A stretch of 64,000 nt of DNA from positions 12,524,001 to 12,588,000 of the forward strand of contig OX597823.1 in assembly GCA_951406725.2 (NCBI GenBank), written 5' to 3'. Under the pieces are notes generated by a model. It was not told the DNA's origin and made no database searches. It saw only the letters and a program-made list of their open reading frames with translations. The DNA comes from Octopus vulgaris (taxonomy: Eukaryota). The translations under genes and the position numbers were made by a program. Shown here one piece after another: positions 1 to 13,272 of the stretch (position 1 is its first letter; each line of letters starts with the position of its first letter).

Positions 1-225
1 AAGATATTGGAATGATAAAAAGGGCAGAGAATTGACAGAATTTAGCAAGAGTGGTGAACGAATACAATGTGGTAGTTATTTACGTCACTCTACATTCTGA
101 GTTCGAATCCACTCAGATAGTCATTTCAGGATTAATAAAATTAGTACTAGCCAGATACTAAATTAACATGACGGACCATATCTTGTTCCATTAGTGATCA
201 GAATTGTTCAATCATACGTCCTATG

Positions 226-227
<2 letters not shown>

Positions 228-292
<65 letters not shown>
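228..292. repeat. (AAT)n microsatellite, probably the 3' tail of the adjacent LINE
   Basis: Pure AAT array abutting the LINE 3' UTR. Confidence 0.95.
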
Positions 293-295
<3 letters not shown>

Positions 296-487
296 CATTG
301 TGTACAGTGCTCAGGTGCACTACAACTCATCTAAGGTGTATATATAATCAGGTGTAGTTTCGGCGGATTTCGGAAAGCATGAGGGCCTTAAAGGATGCAG
401 TGTCATGGCAGTCAACAACTGACGCAGGCAGTTTATTCCATGCTTCAGCAACTCTGTGCGTGAAAAAATGTTTCCGAAAGTCATCGT
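293..487 (-). mobile_element. CR1/L2-type LINE, 5'-truncated 3' end
   Basis: Minus strand translates DDFRKHFFTHRVAEAWNKLPASVVDCHDTASFKALML..., the typical CR1 ORF2 C-terminus (FF..RV...WN.LP..VV.....FK). Stop at 348-350, then a short UTR and a (TTA)n tail. Confidence 0.8.
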
Positions 488-761
488 GTAGGGTAGATTT
501 TCTCATGAGGTGGGGGAGGACCCTGTGCGGACTAAAAAGAGAGCAAATAAATTTTCATGATTTCCCTTGTTTAATAAATATAAAACTGTTTTAAAGTTTT
601 AAAGGCAACCAACACTATGGCGAAGAACAAAGAGGAGAATACGGATGCGAATTTTTCTCTCTCTTCCTCAGTAGGATGGGGTAAAAATGTTTACCCTTTC
701 TTTTAGTTTGAGGGGGTGAAGTTAATATTAGTGAATTTGAGTAATATAATATTTAGCATCT

Positions 762-974
762 CTCTTTTACTCTTTAACTTGTTTCAGTCATTTGACTGTG
801 GCCATGTTGGAGCACCGCCTTTAGTCGAACACATCGACCCCAGGACTTATTCTTTGTAAGCTTAGTGCTTATTCTATCGGTCTCTTTCGCCGAACCGCTA
901 AGTTACGGGGACGTAAACACACCAGCATCGGTTGTCAAGCGATACGGGGGGGGGTGACAAACATAGACTCACAA

Positions 975-1015
<41 letters not shown>

Positions 1016-1205
1016 AATATATATATATACATACATATATACGACAGGCTTCTTTTAGTTTCCGTCTACCAAATCCACTCACAAGGCTTTGGTCGGCCCA
1101 AGGCTACAGTAGAAGACACTTCCCCAAGGTGCCACGCAGTGGGACTGAACCCGGTACCATGGGGTTGGTAAGCAAGCTACTTACCACACAGCTATTCCTA
1201 CGCCT
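762..1205 (-). mobile_element. tRNA-derived SINE, family A
   Basis: Close match to copies at 8452, 14071 and 37121. A-box-like and B-box-like (GGTTCAGTCC) head, internal CA/TA microsatellite, GTAAAAGA-repeat tail. Confidence 0.9.
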
Positions 1206-1384
1206 ACGGTAATTTATATCTTATAAGGGTTTTCCGTCGACATTTGTTATACGGATCCCATAAAATAAAATCTGGCTTTTGTTTCTATCTAGTCGTCTCG
1301 GTAAACTGCGATCGGAAAAGCCTATGAACAAGGGTCTCTTTGCAATTATTACTATGTCGTTATTATTTCTAGACTTATTGTGTG

Positions 1385-2900
1385 TACGAGGGAGTGGGGC
1401 TGAAAATTTCATAGCTCGACTATGAAGGAGAGATACTAGACTTGTGAAACCTTGCATGCCTTCAATTCAGCTCTACTTAATAACTGCAATGTTTTTCCAC
1501 GTAAACCGACATTTAAGAGATTATAGAACACTTCGAAAGTGACAGGTAGCAACTTCTCCTGAAAATCGACAAAAGTTGGCATTGTGTTGTCATCAAGTAC
1601 ATGCAGAAAAGGGTTTAGCTCCCAAAGACATTTATGCTGACATGCTTACTACATCAGGGCATAACTTTCAGGTTTTATCAACAGTGCAAGAGAGGGTAGC
1701 TGAATTCAGGAGCGGAAAGGAGAGTCTTGAGATGACCCAAGGGCAGGACGTCATGCAAGTGCTACCATCGAAGGAAACATGGAGCGTATTTACTACATGC
1801 TGATGGTTGATAAGTATTTGGCTGTAAATCAAATATCTAATGCTGTTAGCATATCGCACGAGCGAGTTGAGAATATTCTGCACTATGAACTTGGCATGAC
1901 AAAATTTTCTGCTCGGTGGGTGCTATGTCTCCTGACACCTGATCAAAAGCACACGAAGCTGACCACAATAGGAGAAAATCTGACATTGTTTGAGGCAGAT
2001 CCAACTGGATCCCTTGAATGTTTCCTCACCCATGATGCGTGTTGGGTTAAGGACTCTGAGCCAGAGACAAAGTAAAAATCCATGCACTTGAAACATCCAT
2101 CCTCACCTACTCTCATCATCATCATTGTGGTCGAGACAATGGAATTTACCATGCTACGCCAGACTTCACGGTCCATCATAGCATTACGGGGGTCCTGTTG
2201 CTTGATGCCTGTATCCCTGGAGATTACATCAGGGTAGGAGAGTGTGCGCCTTCTGGTATTGCGAGTAGATGGCTTCCAGAGGAGAAGAGTAGAAATTGCC
2301 TCGTTTTCAGCTCTACAACAATGTCCAGCAAACTGGACTTTTCTACCTTTCACAAGAGGTTAACGTAGGTTAAGATCCTTTCAATTGCAGCGCAAGTGAT
2401 GATCTCAGATCTTGGGATTTAAAAGGTATTGTGTTTATTGACTATCTTGAAAAATGACACACCACCAACGAAGAACATTATGGCAACATGCTGAGGCAGT
2501 TACATAAGGCTATCATGACCAAGAATCCAAGAAAACTGACGAGAGGGGTCTTCTTTCATCAGGACAATGCTTCAGTACCACAATGGCTGCTGTGCGTGAC
2601 TGTGGCTTTGAACTGGTTGACCACATACCTATTTCTCCTGATTTGGCTCTATCTGATTATCATCAGTCATCATGAAGAAACATTTGGCTGGGAATCATCA
2701 CCTCTGTGATGATGATGTCATATCTGCTGTTGATAACGTTTTTGACCAATAGGATGAAAGTGTCTTCACCAATGAGATCCAAGCACTGCAACACAGATGG
2801 AAAATGTGTGTGCACCGCAAGGGGCACTATTTGAAAAATATACCTCATTTGGTCAAATTTTCTATGAGAGTATCGTGGTCAGCCTATGAAATTTTATATC
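1385..2900 (+). mobile_element. Degenerate mariner (Tc1/mariner) DNA transposon
   Basis: Frameshifted transposase segments: ISHERVENILHYELGMTKFSARWVLCLLT (WVP-like), THDACW, GIVFIDYL, GVFFHQDNA. Decayed TIRs GAAAATTTCATAG (~1402) and CTATGAAATTTT (~2884). Confidence 0.85.
2113..2360 (-). mobile_element. RTE-type LINE 3' fragment nested in the mariner transposase
   Basis: QFAGHCCRAENEAISTLLLWKP...SYPDVISRDTG...AMMDREVWR with a (GAT)n tail. It interrupts the mariner motif HPSSPT|(P)KK. Second copy at 35411. Confidence 0.8.
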
Positions 2901-3844
2901 ATAGAACGGCAGTACCTAATTTGTAATTCCTTTTGTAAGGTGGTAGTGTGTGAATTGAGGGAAATTTTGCAGCTCTTTCTAACAGATATACTGACCTTTT
3001 AACGCAGCATTTTGCAAACGGTGTACCATAAGGGGTATTTCGGTTCGTCTTGGATTAAAAAAAGAATCATTTGAAGCTTTTGGAAATTCATAACAATTGT
3101 TTGAAATTAAAGAGCAAAGCCAGAAATTTGTATTCGTGGCGGATATAGTTGATTATATTGACTCTAAATCTTGACTGGTATTCTATTATAATGAAACCGA
3201 AAGGACGGAAGGCAAAGTTTACCGCATCAAGATTTGAAATAAAAATGTAAAAAGCTAGAAGAGATAAAAGCAAAGCCTTTTCTGACCGCTTTAAAGATTC
3301 CACCAATACACAACCTTGAAAAGTAATCCGTAGTAATGACCGATGAAAATTCTTATTCATAATTCATGCATAAGTATGATGAATAAAAGAAGACTAATAA
3401 ATGCAATATTGTTCCATTTTATTTGATCTCCAGAGTATTACAATACCCCCACCCCTACGCAAAGGAAAAGAAAGCTCGGCTTAAAACCCCTCATTGTTAT
3501 CACAAATAAAATCCAGTACCTTATAAGCATGAGTTAATCAGTTACGTCCATTTTATCTCTTTATCCATATCTGTAATCCGGATCTTTGGATCTGTTTGCC
3601 CCGTATTTCTTTAACTGTACTTAGACTACATGAGTGGTATCAATAAGGTGTTTTTTCCTGTAATTAATGCCAAAATACAAATTGAGAGATATTAATGTTT
3701 GACATTTTGCCTGATGAAACTAATCAATTTTCTAACTGTAGCAACAATCTTGGTCTGTTTTTGTTAAGTTAATGAATAGTTATTAGTTGCTCTGGGTAAT
3801 GGGAGACATGGTACATATTGAATATAGAATAAGTATGTTAAGTA

Positions 3845-4850
3845 TTTTTTTTTATTTGCTGACTCTAGAGGAAGGGGCAGCGCTCGTGACCTCAGCAGGA
3901 CTTCGTAGACCGGCGAGGTTTATGCTATTAATGCTTCTGTTGTAACATTGCAAGTCAACATACGCAGAAATGACAACAGCATCAAAGCAATTTCAAAGAG
4001 TTGATGTTCAGGAAGTAGCACTCCGTCAGTTACGACGACGAAGGTCCCAGCTGATACGATCAACGGAACAGCTTGCTCGAGAAATTAACGTGCAAGTGGC
4101 TGAGCATTCCTTAGACACGTGTACCCTTAACGTAGATCGCAAGGAGATTCAGCGTGACACAGTGTGACAAGGTTGGCCCTTTTTTGAAATACAGGTACTA
4201 CTCATTTTTGCCAGCTGAGTGGACCGGAGCAACGTGAAATAAAGTGTTTTGCTCAAGGACACAACGCGTTACCACTGGGAATCGAACTCACAACCTTACA
4301 ATCATGAGCCGAACACTCTAACAACTAAGCCACGCGCCCTCACGTTCGGGAAGGAATGTACTGGCGTAGTAATTAGTGGATGAGAATTTGCAAAGGAATT
4401 CGGACACAATAAAGATGAAAGAAGGAAAGACGATTGGTTTTGGAATGCTTGAGGGGCGGTGATATACGCTAAGACAACTCTGAGGAGCAGAGGGCACATA
4501 TATTAATTGCATTTGAAGTAGTAGAAAGAGATAGTGCATCTATGGGTCAGTGATAAAAGCATGGTTATAGATGACTTTATATCAATCTGTCGGGTGACCC
4601 TTTTCTTGATACGGTCTAGAATGTCTGAGCTAATAGCAGCACCATCCTAGATATGAGAGCAATACTCCATTTTGGGTCTCTCATGAGTATAGAACAAATA
4701 TGTTGAATAAGGAAATATATGTTGAGTATAGGATACGCCCTGTGAATAGGATATTTATGTTGATTACTTTGTGTTTGAGAGATCCAATATGAGTATTGGA
4801 TATATTCTGAACATATATAATTGTAGGCCAATGCTTATTGGACACGGCAT
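3845..4850 (-). mobile_element. Old CR1-clade LINE 3' portion, interrupted by a SINE
   Basis: Frameshifted minus-strand translation gives RPKMEYCSHI.DGAA..DILDRI, TNYYASTFLPRT and DLQCYNRSINSINL. A-rich 3' end near 3845. Confidence 0.6.
4016..4341 (-). mobile_element. tRNA-derived SINE (head 2 + tail X)
   Basis: A/B boxes TGGCTTAGTTG and GTTCGATTCC. Tail shared with copies at 23745, 24526 and 49137. Decayed 12-bp TSD at 4004-4015 / 4342-4353. Confidence 0.85.
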
Positions 4851-4913
4851 TAAAATAATCCTGATTTTTAAACCATGATATTACATTATGTTATATAGTG
4901 TGTTGCAGATGGG

Positions 4914-5142
4914 CGGCGAGCTAGCAGAAAGGTTTGCACGCCGGGCGAAATGCTTCGTGGTATTTCGTCTGCCGCTACATTCTGAGTTCAAATTCCGTCG
5001 AGGTCGACTTTGCTTTTCATCCTTTCGGGGTCGATAAATTAAGTACCAGTTTCGTACTGGGGTCGATGTAATCGACTTAATCCCTTCGTGTGTCCTTGTT
5101 TGTCCCCTCTACGTTTAGCCCCTTGTGGGCAGTAAAGAAATA
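4914..5142 (+). mobile_element. SINE family C, monomer, with long TSD
   Basis: GGCGGCGAGCT.GCAGAA...GTTCAAATTCC...CATCCTTTCGGGGTCGATAAATTAAGTACCAG. Perfect direct repeat TATATAGTGTGTTGCAGATGGG at 4892-4913 and 5143-5164. Confidence 0.9.
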
Positions 5143-5589
5143 TATATAGTGTGTTGCAGATGGGGTATCGCAGATATAGGGAGATCATCCGGTTTACATT
5201 TACATATCACAACTGTCAATAAATATTCGTGCTGTCCATATTTCCCAAAACTGGAGAGTGCTAAAAAGGGATCAAACTCAATTAGGGAATGCTAAATTTT
5301 TCTTTGGAATTTATATTTTTTTTTGTTGGACTAAAAAAAGTGTGTTACTTACCTTATGCATGGGATGATGTGTTAGCAAGGCCATTGAAATGCTAGAAAT
5401 CACTAACGTGCCTGTTCTCATTTTTTTTTTTGTGATTTGAGGGAAGATTTGGCTTCCGACTTTTGTTTTTAATGATACTCACTTTATTTCATTCATGCTG
5501 TAACATAAGAAAACAGCATCCACAACATACACTCACATTTCCATTCTCATATAAATCTCTAGTCTATTATATTGTAAGTTGCTTATTAT

Positions 5590-6270
5590 AGAATAAAAAG
5601 AAACTCCATGATTTGATTTCTCTCCCTAAAGAGGAATGGAACAGTTAGGTAAAGATAAAGTTTTTTAGCGCTGGGTCATGCTTCGTTGAGTAAACCCATT
5701 ATCAAAGAGTATCGATCTGTGACCATCACATTTTTGAAAGTTTAACTGGAGCTTTTTTTTTTTTCTGCTGTGTTCTTCGTTTTCAAAGATGTTGCTACAG
5801 TATTCAAAAGAGATACGGTTGTCAATTCCGAACGGATGAGCAACCAATTAGAGATGGTTAATGGGGGTTATGCTGACCTGTAAATTTTAAGGTTTATGGG
5901 CGCGAGAAAATCAAAGCAAAGTTCTTGTGGGTTTAGGTTCAAAAGGGACGGATTGGATAGTGCTAAATGAGACATCCAGGGGATGGACAGTGAAGAAATA
6001 ATTACATAAGTGGAGATAGAGATGATAAATGTCCTTTATAGATTGGCAATTATCAAGATTACAAGAAGTCATGAATATCGAAGACAAAGAAAGAGAACAA
6101 TTCACTGGTGCAAGAATGTCTAGGGACTGAATAAATGGTATATGTGTTGGCAACATGAAAAAGCACCAGAGATAGCAAGCCACGAACTGGTGTATGTAGC
6201 TATTCAAACATTCTGATCTGTTATTAATGGTGTGGGTATGGCTGCGAATGTTGCTATTTAGACTCAACTA
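5590..6270 (-). mobile_element. Possible very ancient CR1/L2-like RT remnant
   Basis: Only faint collinear motif echoes (ILAP..F, GIDNRISF, RSIL, REIK..FY). Heavily decayed. Confidence 0.3.
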
Positions 6271-7622
6271 AGTTCCGTTTAAATAGACTTATGATCAAAT
6301 ATATTCCAGTTGCAATTATCTCCTCTGTCCGTGCAGTACTGCCTAATACGGATTGATAATTCACCATGATTTTGTTAATTGTTTTAGGTGCCTATCTAGT
6401 CATGAGCAAATACACACCCTCGTGTCCCGCCACTTGAACTAGAGACATATCTACGATGAGGCAGAAGGAGGAAGGGGATATTCTATCAGCGTTCAGATAT
6501 TCTCATTTACTCATCTGCAAACTGGAGCAATATGAAAAAAAGAAACTCCTTCACCAAAGGCGCAACGCGCCACTCTGTCAGGAATTGAGTACGTGACCTT
6601 ATAATCGGGAGCAGGACATTTTCCTTTCCATGACCGTAGCGTGTTAATTTTCATGGAAACGTCTCTATACTATTTCGAACAGATCGAACAGATATTTAGG
6701 TTATTAAGCTTTTTCCAAATAACATTCAACACACATGCATCTCTCAAAATCTCCAATATTTATATCAATTAAACTCCAATATTTATATCAGTGTTTGTAT
6801 CTCGAGTTAAGAAGCGAATGTGTATTTTCAGTTTAAGCATTCTACTTAGTGTCCACTAATGACCTAGAATAATCCATAAAAGTTACACTCTCTTATTTTC
6901 CAATCATGTGAATATTTATATTTTTAGTTAATTAAAAAGTCGGTTATAGAAACGAGTGAGGCCTTGGCTTGCAATTGGAGTGCGGTTCCAGAATATAGGT
7001 GCTTCTAGACAACCTCCGGTCTTTGCATTTTCCCCAATCTTAATATCTTGCACAAAAAAATGGCCTCGTGCCTGTATAAGAAATCAATAACAGAAATAAG
7101 TTCAATTCTGCAATATACATCGTATTATAGTATATCTACTAGATTTCAGTTAATCGATATGTCATTGAACGTCTCCCATTCAAACTGTAACAAACAAATG
7201 TTATTGTTAAACAAGTCATTATTCATTGAACTTTTAACCTCATCTTCAACGTTTTTGTTTGCTTTTATTACCGTTAACACAAAGAAGTCGAGAGAGAGAG
7301 AGAGAGAGAGAGACAAACAGACAGAGACAGAGACAGAGAGAAAGTGAGGTGGGAAGAGTAACAGCAGATCGACTTGCTGCACGGCGTGTAGTATTTAGTT
7401 TCTTCATTCAACTTTCCATGTTCAAATCCAAATCAGGTTCGATCTTGACTTGCATCCCTTGCTGGTCGATACAATAAGTACCAGCCACATTCTGGCATCG
7501 GTTCAAAGAGAGTTTCCAACAAGTGTAGGCAATTTTCAACTAACCAATATCAAAAATCATTATTACTAACACCACTTTCCATCGACAAAATTTCATTTGA
7601 CGTCATCAGCGACAACCTTTGA

Positions 7623-8130
7623 TTTCTTCTTCTTCTTCTTCTTCTTCTTCTTCTTCTTCTTCTTCTTCTTCTTCTTCTTCTTCTTCTTCTTCTTCTTCTT
7701 TCACTTTTTCTTCTTCTTCTTCTTCTTCCATTTCTTCTTCCATTTCTTCTTTTTCTTCTTCTTCTTCTTCTTCTTCTTCTTCTTCTTCTTCTTCATCATC
7801 ATCATCACTTCTTCTCCATCCCCTTCTTCTTCTTCTTCTTCCCGTTCTACTTCCTCCTATTCTACTCCTTCCTCTTTTTCTTTTCCTCCTCCTCTTCTTC
7901 TTCCTCTCCTTTTGTATTTCTTCCTCTTCTTCTTTTACTACGTTTCCTCTTCTTTTAGTTCTTCCTTTTCTTTTTCTTCTTTTTCTTCTTCCTCTCCTTC
8001 TGTCTCCTCAACTTCTTCCTCTTCTTCGCGTTCTTTCCCTTCTTTTACTTCTTCCCCTTTTATTTCTTCTTCTTCTTCTATTTCTTCATACATTTTTTCT
8101 TCTTTTGTCTTCTATTTATTCTTTTTCTCT
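7623..8130. repeat. (TTC)n microsatellite degenerating into a ~500-bp polypyrimidine tract
   Basis: Directly visible. It explains the poly-F and poly-S ORFs. Confidence 0.95.
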
Positions 8131-8451
8131 CCCGCAGATGATAAATTAGACAAGAAAAGATGACATCTAAAGATAATCGGTGATAACATCCATCGAAATA
8201 TTGCCCAAGTCGATGGAGACTGCAAATGTTAGTCAAAATATTTAAACCTTAACCGTTTCAATTCACCCGTTTGCAACTATATAACATTAGTAGCTATTGC
8301 GCCACAAGGTAACCAGCAGGTTCAGTGCTTTATTGTCGATGGTAACGAGTTCAATCTTGATGTAAGACTTTGAACGGTAAAAAGCTTAATAATACCATTA
8401 TAAACAACAACAGCAGCAACAACAACCACAGCAACAAAGTTCATTTTTTTC

Positions 8452-8855
8452 TTTTTCTCTTTTACTTGTTTCAGTCATTTGACTGCGGCAATGCTGGAGC
8501 ACCGCCTTTAGTCGAGCAAATCGATTCCGGGACTTATTCTTTGTAAGCCCCAGTACTTATTCTATCGGTTCTCTTTTGCCGAACCGCTAGGTGACGGGGA
8601 CGTAAACACACCAGCATCGGTTGTCAAGCAATGCTAGGGGGACAAACACAGACACACAAACATACACGCACACACATATATATATATATATACATATATA
8701 CGACAGGCTTCTTTCAGTTTCCGTCTACCAAATCCACTCACAAGGCATTGGTCGGCCCGGGGCCATAGCAGAAGACACTTGCCCAAGATGCCACGAAGTG
8801 GGACTGAACCCCGAACCATGTGGTTGGTTAGCAAACTACTTACCACACAGCCACT
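8452..8855 (-). mobile_element. SINE family A
   Basis: Matches 762-1205 and the reverse complement of 14071-14488. Confidence 0.9.
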
Positions 8856-11800
8856 ATTAGTTCCCTCTGTTTATTTCGTCGAAACAGAGTTTAATGCCTG
8901 CAAGCTGTTTGTATTTTTTCATGTTTCATGCTATTTCTCTTAGAAAACCTCAAGCGGATATATCGTTCCATTTTTGAAGTTTGGTAAATCAAAGTAACAC
9001 GCAATAACACTGAATGTTTTGATATCCGAGAAGTGAGTAATTTTATGGAATCATATGTAGCCAAACGGATGACGTCATACTTTTAGTAAAACCTCTAGTT
9101 GCCATCGTACAATCTATATACTCTAATTGCTAGTTTCAATTTATGACAGTATTATTATTCTGATACCGTGTATTTTAGTGATCTTTAAACTTCCATAAAT
9201 GTCAGTTACTAATGTTGGCATCATTGTGTGATGGGTCATCTTTTAAAGCTGTAAATGTCACTAAAATATTAATCACAGTGTTGAGAGATTAAATAGATTC
9301 TTATCGAATGAAAATTAATATAGTTTATAGACGGAGTGCTTAATAATCCTTCAGGCATAATGTTTAATGACATAAAGGCCATTTCTCAAGAGGAAATTTA
9401 TCTAACCCAAAATCTAAGTGTAGACTCACCGCTAACTGCGGCGATAGTGCGTTGGCTCTCTTGTATTGAGATGCGGTGCTACGTTGGCATTGTACTGGTG
9501 TTATGCTGATATTACTTCTTTAAGTGCCTGCAAATAAGATGAATTTCATTACATTCACGCTACAAATATCTGGCCCCATTAGCTTCAATAGATCTTTAAT
9601 TTCATAGTCTGTCTCAACCAATGACTTCAAAATAGTTGAGTAGTTTTCGTGCTCTATTAGGGAGCGGAAGTGTCCAAAATACGGTCTAGTATTGAACCCG
9701 ATGGTAGTGGCCAGTAAAATCTACCCGGCGTCGAACAACAATAGTTGAGATAGGAGAAACCTATCCATAAATCTCCTCTTTGGTTTTCTGCTCAAGCCAC
9801 AAGAGCCCAAATTAAAAGCCAAAGCCAAGACTATGAAGAAGGAGTTTCAATATCACCTTGAAGGTTTAGTATTACATTGAACTTGTTTCGACGTTTAGTC
9901 TCTCATGCATTGATGGAAAACGCATATCGGTGTTCTATTACAACTGCCTATAAATATACACTGCAGGCTACGTTTCAGTTGTATATATATTTCTTATCAG
10001 AGCTAAGTTGAGATATCTGAAATAATAACTGAATTAATTTGGTCAAATCATAAGTTAGAAGGTAATGATCTACCGCAATTTCAATTATCTATCTACTTAT
10101 TTATCTTTTTATCTATTCATTTATTCCTTTACAGTAAATGAAGCTTTCTTTGAGAGCTCAATACATTATTCTATTTTCTCTTCATTAATCATTTTATTTC
10201 TTTTATATCCGAAATGTTTTTGAAAACGACTAAGGTTAAGGACATTACCGTTTTTGATTGTTAACGCACAATTTCAATGCTTCTATATTTGTATTCAGCT
10301 GTTTGTGTAAATCACCTTTGATGTATTGTCTTCTTACTTAATCAAAAGTTTATGATAATGAAATATACACAATTTGTATGAAGTATCTATTATGCTAATC
10401 TATGTTTGTGTTGTGCAATATCATTCGCAATCAAATGAAATACTTATTAAACAATATAAACTTTCTCCCAGTTTTATACATCCAACATAGACACATCATA
10501 TTTTAACGTATTTCTTAGTAATGTTACACATAATATGCGCGGTATATCAATATGAGATGTAAGGTTATGGAATACTAGATAACCAGAAGATTGACACTGC
10601 ACTCAAGTAGACCTTGAGTTGCTAATGTTGGATCTATATGTTAACAATCTGTCAATTTATAAGCAGAGGAAAGTATATGAATGTTGAATGTTTCGTGATT
10701 TTTTATAAAACCAAAATTCAGCCATTGCTGAGAAAATTTATTTCAACTTAGCACTTTACCATTATTATCTGATAACGTTTACAGAACATTATTTTACTTA
10801 ATCCTGTAAGTCGGATGAATGCCTAACAATAGAGAATTCCTCGTGTCAGCCCAATTGGTTATAAAGGTCTTTTGTAGTTTCCTAAAAGTGGAATTGAAAT
10901 CACATGCTTCGAGAATATCCTTGTATAGTGACGTTCTGATCTAGCAAGCATGTCAGCATACTAACGTATTTCTTAGCCGAATTATTTAAACAATGTTCGT
11001 TCCAAACCGATTTCAGCTGAAACAACTCCAAAAGCCCGGATAATTGTTAGATTTCACGAGTTACTACCACGGTAGAGCAGAATTAAAAGAAAGGAAAATA
11101 CAAGAAAATAGCATAAAAAAGTAGAAATAGTAAACATCTGGTATTGGGTGGCAGTAGAAGGAAAATAAAGGATGATAACCTTCGGTAAACCTACTCACAA
11201 TTATTTGAAATCTTCCACACATTCAGTCGAAAGTTGTTACTGATCTCCTTGATTTGGTTAAATAGTGTGTAAGATAATAACACGAACAGATGTAGGAGAA
11301 ATAGCTGAGATATTTCCAAACAAAACGCCGCTTTAATTCTTTTTATTTAGAAGATTTAATTAACATAAAAAGTCACCTGATTCCAGTTAAATAATATTTC
11401 ACACAATAAGAACAAGACTATTTTGTTTTGCTTATTTTACCTACTTTCTTAAGCTGATATATGTATGATACTGGAACGACATTTAGGGGCTGAATAGCAA
11501 ACACATTAATACCCGGCTTTTAGAAGGTGGAGGTTTAGAAAGACGTTTAACATAGCAGAAATAGATATCTGAATCAGTAGTAAGATTTTGGAAAGAGAAA
11601 ATTAGAAAATGGAAAGATATATATGTTATCAGAAAGCAGTTTTTCAGAAGAATTTTTTTTTCTATGATATTGATTTCCTTCGTTGCTATATGAATACATT
11701 TTTATGAGATTATGTGATATCAAGCTTCTTTGCGTTCATTTATGACATAAATTAATTCAAATTTCTCGTACGATGAATTGAAATCTTTTTAACAACTCAT

Positions 11801-12114
11801 TTACATCTATGAAAATCGTCTGATATTTTCCATAATATTCGCTGTTGGTTCTCTTGCATTGAATTTTGCTTATGGCACTGTTCGCCACTTCTATTTATTT
11901 GTTTGTTTGTTTTCAAAGTTATTCAGACAAGTGGGAAATTCAGGGGTATTTTCAGATTAGTAGAGGCTTGTGAGTAAGAGGTCACTTTATTATATATTGT
12001 TGCATTAAGGAGCAGCCCCTAATTATTCCCCCTCAGGCCGGTGATGTGATCAAAGAACAGACACTAGGAGAAACACAGAAACACATGAGGTGATTTTAAA
12101 CCGGGCCTCAGACT

Positions 12115-12382
12115 ACACACACACACACACATACACGCACACACACGCGCACACACACACACACATACACGCACACACACACACACATACATGCACACAC
12201 ACACACATACACGCACACACACGCGCACACACACACGCACGCACACACGCACACATACACGCGCACACGCACACACGCACACATGCACGCACACACACAC
12301 ATACACGCACACACACACAAACACGCACACACACACACATACACGCTCACACACACACACATACACACACGCACACACACAC
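12115..12382. repeat. Compound (CA)n/(CG)/(TA) microsatellite
   Basis: Directly visible. Confidence 0.95.
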
Positions 12383-12471
12383 ATCATACCGTCAAGCTGA
12401 CGGACGTACAATGCTGACTGGTATTCACAACCTTTCCGTTTACACAATTTCACTGACAAGACTTCGATTGT

Positions 12472-13187
12472 ACAGTTCTATATTTGAGAGATGAGGAATT
12501 ATGTACATTATTTACATTATTTATATTTGACGGATATTTGTCCTCATCTTATTTCTTGTTAACACAAAGTTTCGGCTGATGTACTCTCCAGCCTTCACCA
12601 GTTGTTCTGGGGCAATTTCGAACCTAAGTTCTCATTCTTAAGGTATTTTCCCGATGTTATTGTTGTTATTATTGAGTGAGAGAGCAGTGCATGCCATCAA
12701 AGTGACACTGGGGTAAAATATACGAAGCCCAGTATACCCATCATGACTACCCGTCTGATAAGGGTACACCAGGTACATGCATCACAACCATAGTGCGCGG
12801 CATGGTGATCTCATATCAAGATAAACAGCACATGACCTTGCAGGTGGGGGCCCAGTTAGAATTTTCTTCTGGTCGAGTAGCCCATCCCGCTCAAAAGGTC
12901 CCTGAATACGGGTTATTTAAGGATGTTTAACGAAACACCTTTGTTTCCAGAGGTGAATTATTCAAACCCCCAAAGAATCCCTCTCAATACATGGCTATCA
13001 TGTTTGCCCACTACTTCCGCTCGTGATTAGAAATGCACATATCGTCAGTCACTAAGGGACATTCTCAACTTGTTATGGTCAAACAACTGACAAGCAAATC
13101 TGTGGTATTGAGTAGAATATTTGCTGTAGCCCATCTTTTCTACCAAGACAAAACAATGTACATGATAACACTTTATTATTATTATTA

Positions 13188-13272
<85 letters not shown>

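Noticed and set aside
7597-8163. Long poly-F and poly-S ORFs, and all the YI, CV, HT, III and LLL ORFs across the window
   Set aside because: They are translations of microsatellites that lack stop codons, not genes.
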